A DNA stretch of 64,000 nucleotides from an uncultured Gemmatimonadales bacterium (GCA_963741945.1 CAVUKA010000001.1:1120001-1184000); one strand, 5' to 3'; shown: positions 1 through 9,731, counted from the stretch's first letter. The notes: generated by a model from the letters alone, not told the origin. Translations and numbers: made by a program.

Positions 1-1300
1 CCAGCACCTCGCGCAGCGTCGAGACCGCCGTGGCCACATCGTCCTGTGAAAAGACGAGGGGCGGGCGGAAGCGGATGGAGCGGGGCCCGGAGGGGAGCAC
101 CGCCAGGCCGCGCTCCCAGCAGGCCATGCGGAGCGCCTTCCGAGCGGCGCCATCGGGCATGTCGAAGGCGATGAACAGCCCACGCCCGCGAGCGTTGGTC
201 ACGGCGTCGTATTCCTGCTCGAGCTTCTTCAGCTCGTCGAGCAGGAGCTTCCCCACGCGCGCGGCGTTCTCCACCAGCCCGTCCTCCCGGATGATCTGGA
301 GGTAGCGCGCGGCGCGGACCATGTCCACCAGGTTCCCTCCCCAGGTGGAGTTGATGCGACTGGACAGGTGGAAGACGTTATCCTCCACGTCGTCGATGCG
401 GCGCGTGCTCATGATGCCGCACACCTGGGTCTTCTTGCCGAACGCGACGATGTCGGGGGTGACGCCCATCTGCTGATAGGCCCACATGCTGCCCGTGGCG
501 CCCAACCCCGTCTGCACCTCGTCGAAGATGAGGAGCGCTTCGCGGCGGTCGGCAACGTCCCGCAGCTTCCGGAAGAAGTCCGGTCGGAAGTGGCGGTCGC
601 CGCCCTCGCCCTGGATCGGCTCGATGAGGATGGCTGCAATCCCGTGCGGGTCATGCTCGAACGCGTCCTCGATCTCCTGCATGGTGCGCTCCTCGCGCTC
701 CTCCATGGCCGCGTCGTCCAGCCCCGGCTCCACGAACGGCGCGGACACGCGTGGCCAGTCGAACTTGGGGAAGTACAGCGTCTTGTTCGGGTCCGTGTTC
801 GTCACGCTGAGCGTGTAGCCGCTGCGGCCGTGGAACGCACCCGTGAAGTGGAGGATCTTGTCGCCGCCGCCGTCCCTGCCCGCGGCCATGTTCTTCCGCA
901 CCTTCCAGTCGAACGCGGCCTTCATTGCGTTTTCCACCGCCAGCGCGCCGCCCGCCACGAAGAACAGGTAGCGGAACTCGTCGGGCACGGCGACATCGCG
1001 GAAGATCTCCACGAACGCCGCGTACTGCCGCGAGTAGATGTCGCTGTTGGCGGGATTCGAGAGCGCTGCGGTCATGAGGGTCTTGCGGAAGCCCTCGTCC
1101 TCCATCTTCGGATGGTTGTGGCCGATGGGGAGGGTGGCGAAATAGCCGTAGCAATCCAGGTACTCCTTGCCCTCGAGCGCGTCGACGATCACCGGGCCGT
1201 GCGACTTCTCCAGGTCGATCACCAGGTGGAAGCCATCCACCAGGATGTTGTTCTTGAGGATCGGGAACACGCGATCCGCTGGGACTTTGATTTCCGGCAT
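1..1300 (-). CDS. lat: L-lysine 6-transaminase (class III PLP aminotransferase), runs off left edge
   Basis: Not in ORF track. Manual translation from ATG 1300 (GGAGGA RBS): MPEIKVPADRVFPILKNNILVDG...GALAVENAMKAAFDWK...FHGRSGYTLS...DEVQTG...FGKKTQVCG. Confidence 0.9.
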   Translation of the reverse strand, partial: MPEIKVPADRVFPILKNNILVDGFHLVIDLEKSHGPVIVDALEGKEYLDCYGYFATLPIGHNHPKMEDEGFRKTLMTAALSNPANSDIYSRQYAAFVEIFRDVAVPDEFRYLFFVAGGALAVENAMKAAFDWKVRKNMAAGRDGGGDKILHFTGAFHGRSGYTLSVTNTDPNKTLYFPKFDWPRVSAPFVEPGLDDAAMEEREERTMQEIEDAFEHDPHGIAAILIEPIQGEGGDRHFRPDFFRKLRDVADRREALLIFDEVQTGLGATGSMWAYQQMGVTPDIVAFGKKTQVCGIMSTRRIDDVEDNVFHLSSRINSTWGGNLVDMVRAARYLQIIREDGLVENAARVGKLLLDELKKLEQEYDAVTNARGRGLFIAFDMPDGAARKALRMACWERGLAVLPSGPRSIRFRPPLVFSQDDVATAVSTLREVL

Positions 1301-1580
1301 GTGAGTCCTCCGTAGCCTGCGTTGCATGGGGACGCGCCGGCCCGACTCGCGGGCGACGGGGCCCGCGACGCGTCAGCGCGATCTCGACGATCGGGGGCGG
1401 CGAGCGCCCGCAGGCTCAGCGGTTCGGAGGCGCATAGATGCCCGGTCGCGAGTCCCGGGGCGGGAGTCGCGAAGTGTCGTGCAGGCGGTCCAGCCGGTCT
1501 GCCTTCACGGGCATCCTCGTGGTGGGTCGCGGAGGTGGGCGGAGTGCCCGTTCTCGCCCCGGGAATCTAGCGTTCCGGGG

Positions 1581-1712
1581 CGGAGCGCGCGAACCCGATA
1601 CGGCGGAGCGCGCGGAGAACAGCGTTTCACGCGGAGCGCGCGGAGGACAGCGTTTCACGCGGAGCCGCGGAGAGCGCGGAGAGAACAGCGGGGGACGCGG
1701 AGAGCGCGGAGG
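1581..1712 (+). repeat. CGCGGAG-based intergenic repeat array
   Basis: 28-bp tandem unit GCGGAGCGCGCGGAG(A/G)ACAGCGTTTCAC at 1603-1630 and 1631-1658, plus further CGCGGAG units. Confidence 0.85.
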
Positions 1713-1738
1713 GGGCGTGTGGCATTATCCTTCGCACC

Positions 1739-2749
1739 ATGTTGACGCTGTTCCTTCTTCTACGCCGGCGCCAGGCTGCCGCAGTCGTGGTGGCGCTCGG
1801 TCTCGCGCTGCCGGCGTGCGGCGGCTCGCCGGCTGCGCCGGTGGGGCCGCCGGGCGCGGACACGACCCCGAATCCGCCCGCGGACACCACGAGCGGCAGT
1901 TTTCCGATTCCGGCGCTGGGCGACAGTGCGACCTTGGACATCGGGTGCTGGAACGTGGAGTGGTTCGGCAGCCCGGAGTTCGACCCAGCGGATGACGCGC
2001 TCCAGCTGACGCGCGTCACGGCCACATTGCGCGCGCTCCGCCTGGACGTGTACGGCCTGGTTGAAGTGGTGGCGGCGGGTCCGTTCCGCGCCCTGGTGAA
2101 TTCGCTCCCGGGCTACGCGGGTGTTCTGGCCAGCGACGCGTCCGTGCGCGGCGGCGCGGCGGCATATGAGGGATGGGAGCAGAAGCCGGCGCTGGTCTAC
2201 CGCACGGCCGCAGTGGAGCTGGACAGCGCGCGAGTGGTGCTGGCGGACCACGACGAGGAGTTCGCGGGGCGGCCGCCGCTGGAAGCGCATCTGCGGATCA
2301 CGGTGGGTGGGGTGACGGAACGGCTCGTGGTGCTGGTGGTCCACATGAAAGCCGGCGCGGGCACCGGGGACCGGGACCGCCGGCAGGTGGCGGCTGCTGC
2401 GCTGAAGGCGTACCTGGACGGACACTTCCCTGCCGACCGGGTGCTGGTGATCGGCGACTTCAATGACGATGTGGACGCGTCCATCGCCGGAGGCGCCTCG
2501 CCGTACGCGGCCTTCATCGCCGACACCACGCGCTGGCGCGTTCCCACGGCGGCGCTCAGCGCTGCGGGAATCAGCTCCACCACCGGGTATCCCGACATGA
2601 TCGATCACCAGCTCTGGTCGGACGAGGCGTGGGCAGGGTACGTCCCGGGGAGCGCTGCGGTGGTGCCGCTGGACGACTGGATCCCCGACTACGGCGCCAC
2701 CACCAGCGACCATTTCCCGGTGGTCGCGCGCTACGCCCCCGTGGGCTGA
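1739..2749 (+). CDS. Exonuclease/endonuclease/phosphatase (DNase I-like) family lipoprotein
   Basis: Lipobox LPAC; WNVEWF, HMKA, GDFN, IDH and SDHFPV motifs. Confidence 0.85.
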   Translation: MLTLFLLLRRRQAAAVVVALGLALPACGGSPAAPVGPPGADTTPNPPADTTSGSFPIPALGDSATLDIGCWNVEWFGSPEFDPADDALQLTRVTATLRALRLDVYGLVEVVAAGPFRALVNSLPGYAGVLASDASVRGGAAAYEGWEQKPALVYRTAAVELDSARVVLADHDEEFAGRPPLEAHLRITVGGVTERLVVLVVHMKAGAGTGDRDRRQVAAAALKAYLDGHFPADRVLVIGDFNDDVDASIAGGASPYAAFIADTTRWRVPTAALSAAGISSTTGYPDMIDHQLWSDEAWAGYVPGSAAVVPLDDWIPDYGATTSDHFPVVARYAPVG

Positions 2750-3711
2750 CGGGCGTACAGCTCCAGCCAGGGCGACGCCGGCGCCGGGAGCGGGCGCAGC
2801 AACGCTTTGATCATCCGCTCCTCCCACACCGCCCAGGTCCGGGTCCACCGGTCGGAGAGCGGCACGAGCGCATCGCCGAGAGTGCGGACGGGACGCAGCC
2901 CCTCGGCCGCCACCATGTGGTGGAGCGCCCGGACGGTGAATGCCTGGAGGTAGGGGAAGCCGAGGAGGTTGTTCCAGGCGAGCGCGGCGCGGGCCGGCCT
3001 CCTCGTGATCGGCGTCCGGCCGACAGCGCGGAGTCGGGAATAGAACGCCCCGTTCGGCACCCGAACCGCCAACACGCCGCCAGGCGCCACGCGGACCGCG
3101 GCCGCGCGCACCGCCGCGCGGGGATCCGGGAGCTGGTCGAGGCAGGTCCAGAGCGCCACGGCGTCCCAGCGCTCCGTCGGGTCCGCGTCGTGAATGGTGC
3201 CCTGCCGGACCGTCAGCCCGTGGCGGCGCGCGTGCGCGACCACGTCGTCGTTCACGTCCATGCCCTCGAAGCGCCACCCCGCGTCCGCGGCCTCGGCCAG
3301 GAACGCGCAGGCGTACGGGCCCACCTCCAGGCCGCGGCCGGTCCGGCCGAGCACGGCGGTGAGGCGACGGACGCGCCGCCGTTCCGCACCGCGGTGCAGC
3401 GCCATCAGCCGGTCCAGCGTAGCCGCGGACTCGTATTCCAGCGCGTACCGCTCGGTCACGCTGCGAGGCCGGTCGCGCGGATCCCGATACACGGTCCCGC
3501 ACTGGTGACAGCCCGCCAGTCGGAGCGGGGGCGGCTGCGAGAAGACCACCCGGTCCTTCAGCCGCTCCAGCGGCACTCCCCGGCGGACCCGGCGCAGGTG
3601 GAATTCCCAGAGCACTTCCATCTCGCGGCGGACCGTGTCCCGGTCCGCCAGCGCCACGGCGCGCGCGTCCCCACACGCGGGGCAGTCCGCGAGCTCGTAT
3701 GCGGTCTCCAT
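2731..3711 (-). CDS. Class I SAM-dependent methyltransferase with N-terminal Zn-ribbon
   Basis: CPACG...CHQCG; LEVGPYAC motif I; WDAVALW..LDQL.DP; VRVPN. Start uncertain (3711 or 3750). Confidence 0.75.
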   Translation of the reverse strand: METAYELADCPACGDARAVALADRDTVRREMEVLWEFHLRRVRRGVPLERLKDRVVFSQPPPLRLAGCHQCGTVYRDPRDRPRSVTERYALEYESAATLDRLMALHRGAERRRVRRLTAVLGRTGRGLEVGPYACAFLAEAADAGWRFEGMDVNDDVVAHARRHGLTVRQGTIHDADPTERWDAVALWTCLDQLPDPRAAVRAAAVRVAPGGVLAVRVPNGAFYSRLRAVGRTPITRRPARAALAWNNLLGFPYLQAFTVRALHHMVAAEGLRPVRTLGDALVPLSDRWTRTWAVWEERMIKALLRPLPAPASPWLELYARQPTGA

Positions 3712-3827
3712 GCCCTGCGGCCCGTGCAGTCGCCATGCCGTCGGGCGCACCGGGCTGGCGCCGGAACCGGTTCCGGCGCTCGCGTGGTCACGACACGGGC
3801 TCCCGAACCCGGCACCCTACAGCCACG

Positions 3828-5939
3828 CTACAGCGCCCCGGCGTCCTCCGGCACGGGGAAGCCTCGCTTCCGCATCAGCGCGTCGGTACGGGGGCCGCGG
3901 CCGCGGAAAGCGCGGTAGCCCTCCTCCGGCTCGACCGTGTTGCCCCGGGAGAGCACGTGCTCCTGCAGACGCCCCGCCACTTCCGTGTCATACGGGCCAC
4001 CGGCTTCGGTGAACGCTTCGAACGCGTCGGCCGTGAGGACATCGGCCCACAGATAGCTGTAGTAGCCCGCGGAATAGGCGTCGCTCCCGAACGCATGCTG
4101 GAAGTGGGGGATGCGGTGTCGCATCCCGATGCTCTCGGGCATGCCGAGCTCCGCCAGCGCTTCGCGCTCGAACGCAGCCGGATCGATGGGCGGCTCGGCC
4201 AGGTGGATCTTCATGTCCACCAGGCCGCTGCCGAGGAACTCCACGGTCGCGAACCCCTGGTTGAAGGTGGCCGAGCGATCGAGCCGATCGGCCAGCTCCT
4301 GGGGCATGGGCGCTCCCGTCTTCCAGTGGCGGGCGAAGCGCTGGAGCACTTCGGGCGTGTACAGCCAGTGCTCGAGGAGCTGGGACGGGAACTCCACGTA
4401 GTCCCTCGGCACGGAGGTGCCGGAGAGGGTGGGATAGGTCACGTCCGAGGCGAGTCCGTGGAGCGCGTGGCCGAACTCGTGGAAGAGAGTGCTGGCGTCG
4501 TCCCACGAGATCAGCACGGGCTCGCCCGGCCGTCCCTTCACGAAGTTGGCCGTGTTGGAGACGATCGTGACCACCTCGCCCTGGAAGCGCTCCTGGCGCC
4601 TCAGCGCAGTCATCCACGCGCCCGATCGCTTGCCGGCACGTGCATACGGGTCGAAATACCAGAGCCCCACAAGCCGCCCGGTCGCGGATTCCGACACGCG
4701 CCAGACGCGCACGTCGGGGTGGTAGGCGGGGACGTCGTGCACCGCGTCGAAGCGAAGGCCGAACAGCTGGGCGGCCACCCAGAACATCCCTTCGCGCAGC
4801 TTCTCGAGCTGCAGGTACTCCTTGACGCGGTTCTGGTCCACGTCGAAGCGCACCAGGCGCACCTTCTCCGCCCAGTAGCGGTAATCCCAGGGACGGATCC
4901 TGGTGTCGTCGCCGGCCTCGCGGGCCAGGGCCTCCATGTCCGCCACCTCCTCGGCGACCCGCTCCACCGCCGGACGCCAGACGGCGTCCATGAGGTCCAG
5001 CGCCCGCTCCGGCGTCTTCGCCATGGCATCCTCGACCCGCCAGTGGGCATGCGTCGGGTAGCCCAGGAGCCTGGCCCGCTCGGCCCGCAGCGTCAGGATC
5101 TCGGCCACGATCCCCTTCGTGTCCCGCTCGCCGCCACTGTCACCACGCTCCACCCACATCCGCCATGCCCGCTCGCGCAGGTCGCGCCGCTCGGAATAGG
5201 TCAGGAACGGCTCCACGGACGAGCGCGTGTTCGCCACCACCCACTTGCCCGGGAGCGCCCTCTCCTCCGCGGCAGCGGCCGCCGCCTCCCGCACCACGTC
5301 GGGCAGTCCGGCCACGTCAGCCTCGCGCTCCAGTACCAGGTAGTGCGAGTTCTCGTCGCCGAGCACGTTCTGATTGAACTCGGTGAAGAGCGCAGCCAGC
5401 CGCTGATTGATCTCCGACAGCCTGGACTTCGCCTCCGGGCCGAGCTTCGCGCCCGCGCGCACGAAGTTGGTGTACAGCCGCCACGTGAGCCGACGCTGCT
5501 CCGCCGAGAGGGTGTCCCCGCCGACGCCGGCGTGCACCGCCTCGATGCGCCGGAAGAGCGCCTCGTTCTGCGTGATCCGGTCCGCGAACGCGGCCAGTCG
5601 TGGCGCCATCCTCCGCTGCACGGCCTGAAACGCCGGTGAGGCGATGCTCGAGCTCCACACGCCGTAAATGGCGTCCACCCGATCCAGCGTGCGGCCGCTC
5701 GCTTCCAGCGCTGCAATCGTGTTCTCGAAGCTGGGCGGCGCCGGGTCGTCGGCGATCGCCTCGATCTCGGCCTCCGCCTCCGCCATGGCCGCTTCGAGCG
5801 CCGGCTCGAAGTGCGCCACTTCCACCCGATCGAACGGCGGGACGCCTCCGTACGGCCCTGTCCAGTCCCCCAGCAGCGGGTTCGCCAATGGGGAGGCGAC
5901 TGGCTCGGACGGGCTGTTCACGCTGGTTCTTTCTTCCAT
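3828..5939 (-). CDS. dcp: M3 family metallopeptidase (peptidyl-dipeptidase Dcp-like)
   Basis: NPLL...GGVPPFD, KRSGAWM, FHEFGHALH, DYVEFPSQLLE, YSAGYYSYLWA; ORF-track 5' extension lies inside the P450 gene. Confidence 0.92.
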   Translation of the reverse strand: MEERTSVNSPSEPVASPLANPLLGDWTGPYGGVPPFDRVEVAHFEPALEAAMAEAEAEIEAIADDPAPPSFENTIAALEASGRTLDRVDAIYGVWSSSIASPAFQAVQRRMAPRLAAFADRITQNEALFRRIEAVHAGVGGDTLSAEQRRLTWRLYTNFVRAGAKLGPEAKSRLSEINQRLAALFTEFNQNVLGDENSHYLVLEREADVAGLPDVVREAAAAAAEERALPGKWVVANTRSSVEPFLTYSERRDLRERAWRMWVERGDSGGERDTKGIVAEILTLRAERARLLGYPTHAHWRVEDAMAKTPERALDLMDAVWRPAVERVAEEVADMEALAREAGDDTRIRPWDYRYWAEKVRLVRFDVDQNRVKEYLQLEKLREGMFWVAAQLFGLRFDAVHDVPAYHPDVRVWRVSESATGRLVGLWYFDPYARAGKRSGAWMTALRRQERFQGEVVTIVSNTANFVKGRPGEPVLISWDDASTLFHEFGHALHGLASDVTYPTLSGTSVPRDYVEFPSQLLEHWLYTPEVLQRFARHWKTGAPMPQELADRLDRSATFNQGFATVEFLGSGLVDMKIHLAEPPIDPAAFEREALAELGMPESIGMRHRIPHFQHAFGSDAYSAGYYSYLWADVLTADAFEAFTEAGGPYDTEVAGRLQEHVLSRGNTVEPEEGYRAFRGRGPRTDALMRKRGFPVPEDAGAL

Positions 5940-6052
5940 GGCCTGTGAGTCGGGCCGGCGAGGATGTGCGTGCCGGCCGATAGTTGTGGAGAGACGAGGC
6001 CGCGACTTGCGAGGGGGGTTGCCGACGGCCTCACCACCGGTCGCCTGCAAGT

Positions 6053-7360
6053 CTACACGCGGCTGCGGATATCGGCCAGCACCATGCGGCTCGCCGGGAT
6101 CGCCGGGATGCGCGAGCGGTCGATCCCGAGGTCCTGCTCGGGCACCCGGTAGGTCATTCCCCGGGCGAGGAGGCGCAGTGATTCCTTCATCAGCCGGATC
6201 GTGATCCATTCGCCCGCGCACCGATGGTTTCGGTAGTGGTCCCCGCCCCCCTGCGGGATGAGGTCGAACTCCGACGGTTCGCGCTCGCGGAACCGCTCCG
6301 GTCGGAACGCGTCGGGCTCTGGCCAGGCGCGGGCATCGTGGTCGGTCCCATACAGGTCCAGCAGCACGCGGCGACCGGCCGGGAAATGGTGGCCCTGCCA
6401 GTCGAAAGCCTCCGTCGTCTTCGCCGCCACCATCGGGAAGAATGGATAGAGACGACGGACCTCCTGGACGAACGCCTCCAGCCCGTCTCCTGCCGACGGG
6501 CGCTTTCCGCCGGGACCGGCCCCGCCCTCCCCGCCCTCCCCGTCCTCCCCGTCCCCCTGCCGGATCCGCTCGGCCTCGGACGGATGGGTGGCCAGGGCGT
6601 GGGCGATGAACGCGACATAGCGCGCAATGGCCACGACCGGGCGGAGCAGGTTCAGGACTTCCACCGCCGCGACGCGCACAGCGAGCAGCCCCTGGCCGGG
6701 ATCGCGGTGGAAGGCGACGAGGTGCAGTGGGCTTCCTTCCGGCACCTCCAGCTCCCCGCCCCGCACGCGGCGGACGAGATCGGACAGCCACGACTCGGCA
6801 TGCCGTCTGGCGATCCGGCCGCGCCAGTGGCGGGGCCCCACGCCGCCGGCCCCATCGATCATCGCCGAGAGCTCCCGCGTTCGCCGGTCCAGCTGCCCGG
6901 CAGGGAGCGGCACCCCCGCCCAGTCACAGACAGCGCGGCAGAGCAGCCGCTCGACTTCCGGGAACAGCACGATGCCAGCCCCGGCCGTCCACGCCTCCAG
7001 CGCCACGCGCCACGCCGCCACATACCGCTCCGCGAGGTCCTGGATGCCGGGTGGCGTCATCAGCGCCATGAACATGGCCTTGCGAGCCTCGTGCGCTTCG
7101 CCATCCAGCCCCTGAACACCCCCCCGGCCGAACAGCGTCGCCTTGAAGCGATCGGGCGTGGCGCCGTGGCGTTGGAAGCGTCCCCTGTCGTAGAACAGCC
7201 GGGCCGCCTCCGGTCCGCGCATGCAGATCACGGGGCGAAGCAGGAGGCGCGTGCGGAAAACGTCCGTGCCGAGCCGGTCGGCCCGGCAGCCGATGAAGTC
7301 GTAGCCGTCGCGCAGGAACGCCAGCGTGCTGTCGGGCGACTTCAGCCGCGGGATCGACAT
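6053..7360 (-). CDS. Cytochrome P450 fatty-acid peroxygenase (CYP152 family)
   Basis: LFGRGGVQGLDG, EVLNLLRP (Arg-Pro), QEVRRLYPFFP, IPQGGG..HRCAGE heme motif. Confidence 0.9.
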   Translation of the reverse strand: MSIPRLKSPDSTLAFLRDGYDFIGCRADRLGTDVFRTRLLLRPVICMRGPEAARLFYDRGRFQRHGATPDRFKATLFGRGGVQGLDGEAHEARKAMFMALMTPPGIQDLAERYVAAWRVALEAWTAGAGIVLFPEVERLLCRAVCDWAGVPLPAGQLDRRTRELSAMIDGAGGVGPRHWRGRIARRHAESWLSDLVRRVRGGELEVPEGSPLHLVAFHRDPGQGLLAVRVAAVEVLNLLRPVVAIARYVAFIAHALATHPSEAERIRQGDGEDGEGGEGGAGPGGKRPSAGDGLEAFVQEVRRLYPFFPMVAAKTTEAFDWQGHHFPAGRRVLLDLYGTDHDARAWPEPDAFRPERFREREPSEFDLIPQGGGDHYRNHRCAGEWITIRLMKESLRLLARGMTYRVPEQDLGIDRSRIPAIPASRMVLADIRSRV

Positions 7361-7367
7361 GACGGCG

Positions 7368-8237
7368 TCACCCGCCCTGGGAGAGGCGCTCCATCGCGTC
7401 GTCCGGGAGGTGCAGCGAAGCGGCCGCCGTGTTCTCCTCCAGGTGCGCCAGGCTCCCCGTCCCCGGGATCGGCAGCAAGACACTGGACCGCTGGAGCAGC
7501 CAGGCGAGGGCGATCTGCGCCGGCGTGGCATCGAAGCGGCGGGTGAGCTGGCCGAGCACGCCGTCGCCCTTCGAGAGCGGTCCGGCCTTGAGCGGGAACC
7601 ACGGGATGAAGGCGATCCTCTCCTCGTCGCAGTAGTCGAGCACCTCTTCCCACTCCCGGTCTTCCAGATTGTAGCGGTTCTGGACCGACACGATCTCCAC
7701 GTACTGGCGGGCGTTCTCGATGTCCTCCACGTCCGCCTCCGAAAGCCCCACGTGCCGGACCTTCCCCTCCTCCTGCAGCTCCCTCAGCGTTCCGAACTGG
7801 TCCGCCGCAGGGACGCTCGGGTCGATCCGGTGCAGCTGGAACAGGTCGAGCCGCTCCACCTTCAGGCGACGCAGGCTCCCTTCGCACCGCTCCCGAAGAT
7901 GCTCCGGTCGCCCGTTCGGCTCCCATTTCCCCGGGCCGGGCCGCTCCAGCCCCGCCTTCGTGGCGATCACCATCCCCTCCGGGTACGGGTGCAGCGCCTC
8001 AGCGATCAGCTCCTCACTGAGGAACGGGCCGTAGGCGTCGGCCGTATCGATGAAATTGATGTCCAGATCCGGCAGACGACGGAGCACGCGCAGTGCCTCG
8101 TCCCGGTCCTTCGGCGGCCCCCAGACGCCCTCCCCCACGATCCGCATGGCGCCAAACCCCAGCCGATGGATCGGCAGGTCGCCCCCGAGCTTCCATGTCC
8201 CGCTGTCCGACGCGGTGATTTCCCCTGTATGTGCCAT
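7368..8237 (-). CDS. Aldo/keto reductase
   Basis: RLGFGAMR, IDTADAYGP, IATKAG, LFQLHRID, VQNRYNL, LPIPGT. Confidence 0.92.
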   Translation of the reverse strand: MAHTGEITASDSGTWKLGGDLPIHRLGFGAMRIVGEGVWGPPKDRDEALRVLRRLPDLDINFIDTADAYGPFLSEELIAEALHPYPEGMVIATKAGLERPGPGKWEPNGRPEHLRERCEGSLRRLKVERLDLFQLHRIDPSVPAADQFGTLRELQEEGKVRHVGLSEADVEDIENARQYVEIVSVQNRYNLEDREWEEVLDYCDEERIAFIPWFPLKAGPLSKGDGVLGQLTRRFDATPAQIALAWLLQRSSVLLPIPGTGSLAHLEENTAAASLHLPDDAMERLSQGG

Positions 8238-8365
8238 CTGCCCTGACCTCCGTTCATGCAATGCACCGTCCCCCCCACACCCTTGCACATGTCACGCCGG
8301 ACAGCGGGCAGGACGGCGGCCGGGCTGGCTCATCGTGCACCCCCGTCCGGCCCCGGGAGGCGGCG

Positions 8366-9358
8366 TCAGATCAGACCTGCGCCCCTGAAAATGAAGAACA
8401 GAGCCACGCCACCGAGAACCCGGGGGAGTCGATTGGTCCGTGACGTCAGCAGGTACAGCGTGAGGACGGCCCCGATCGGAGCCGCGAAAGCGTACGTCAC
8501 CAGGAACGTCATGAACGCTTCCTGGATCCACAGGCCGATGAGGCGGAACGGCGAGAGCGCGCCAATGCCGGTGTGGATGAGCGGTCCCCCCACCTCCTGG
8601 ACCAGGTCGAACATGAGGAAGATGGCGGTGAACACCGCACCGACCTCCAGGTAGAGCGCCGCTTCCGCCCGCTCTCGACGCCGGAACGGAGCCATGATGA
8701 GGCCCGTCAGCGGGCGAAGGAGGAGCGCGGGGGGCGAGCCCGGACGGTTGTAATAGTAGAAGAGACGGAGCCGATGGCTCCAGCGCACCAGCGACCCCGC
8801 CAGCGGCACTTCGTTCAGCCGCCCCACGTGGCCACCCAGCATGGTCACCAGGATGAGCGCGCCCACGGCGAACGCCGCCTCCGCGCCGCCCTCCACATTC
8901 CCCACCATCCCGCCCAGCACAGACCCGGCGGCAATGAGCACCAGCACGTCCCCGGTCAGACGCACCACCCGCTCCCGCCTCGTCCTCGCCCGCCACCTCT
9001 CCGTCCAGGCGGGCGGGCGGGACAGGACGTCATCGGACAGCGGCGGCATGAAATCCAGCTCCAGCGGCGGAAGCCCCTCCCTCTCCCGCCGCGCCTGCTC
9101 GGCGTTGTACCCCTCCACCATGCGCCTCAACCGCCACGCATCCGAAATCCACCAGAGGAGCGCGCCACCGCCGGTCACGACCATGGCCAGACCCGTCCCC
9201 GGCCGCTCCAGGTAGAAACGGTGCGCACCGAGCCACCCGAACACCGCCCACAACGCCCACGCCACGCCCACGCGCTTGCGTCGATAGGCATACAGCTCCC
9301 CCAGGACATCCTGGGCAAAGTCGGCGTCCACGCCTGCGTGCACCGAGACTGAGCTCAT
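8366..9358 (-). CDS. TM2-domain membrane protein with extra C-terminal TM region
   Basis: AWALWAVFGWLGAHRFYL TM2 motif, then several hydrophobic helices. Confidence 0.75.
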   Translation of the reverse strand: MSSVSVHAGVDADFAQDVLGELYAYRRKRVGVAWALWAVFGWLGAHRFYLERPGTGLAMVVTGGGALLWWISDAWRLRRMVEGYNAEQARREREGLPPLELDFMPPLSDDVLSRPPAWTERWRARTRRERVVRLTGDVLVLIAAGSVLGGMVGNVEGGAEAAFAVGALILVTMLGGHVGRLNEVPLAGSLVRWSHRLRLFYYYNRPGSPPALLLRPLTGLIMAPFRRRERAEAALYLEVGAVFTAIFLMFDLVQEVGGPLIHTGIGALSPFRLIGLWIQEAFMTFLVTYAFAAPIGAVLTLYLLTSRTNRLPRVLGGVALFFIFRGAGLI

Positions 9359-9499
9359 GCCCCACAAGCTGCCTCCCGGAGTGGCGATCATGCAACCACG
9401 CCGCCGCCACCCCGGCGACCGGGCCGGCCGGCCCCTCCGCCCGCCCCACCCCGCGCGCCGCGTCCTGCCTCCCATGGACGCGGGAGCGCCCGCCCTCGA

Positions 9500-9685
9500 T
9501 GTGGATAAGCGGCGCCGGCTTGTGGATTCCCTGTGGGAAAACCGGGTCAAAATTGTGAATACGAGCTGTTACAAAACCCGAAGTCCTGATGCCGTGGTCA
9601 GATGGCGGAATTGTGGATTACGCGGTTTCTGGATCCTCTTCTGACATCCGCATAACTCATTGTCTTGGAACGACTTGTGGCACAA
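9500..9685. promoter_or_regulatory. Cluster of co-oriented DnaA-box-like sites in an AT-rich island
   Basis: TGTGGATAA 9500-9508 (perfect); TGTGGATTC 9521, TGTGGGAAA 9532, TGTGAATAC 9554, TGTGGATTA 9612 (1-2 mismatches to TGTGNAWAA). Confidence 0.6.
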
Positions 9686-9695
9686 CTCAAAATCC

Positions 9696-9725
9696 TTGAC
9701 TGCGGCACCCTCGCGGGTGTATCAT
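9696..9725 (+). promoter_or_regulatory. sigma70-type promoter
   Basis: TTGACT (9696-9701) N18 TATCAT (9720-9725). Confidence 0.65.
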
Positions 9726-9731
9726 TGGATC

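Noticed and set aside
1320-1580. Lysine riboswitch upstream of lat
   Set aside because: Conserved L-box core and five-stem layout not found
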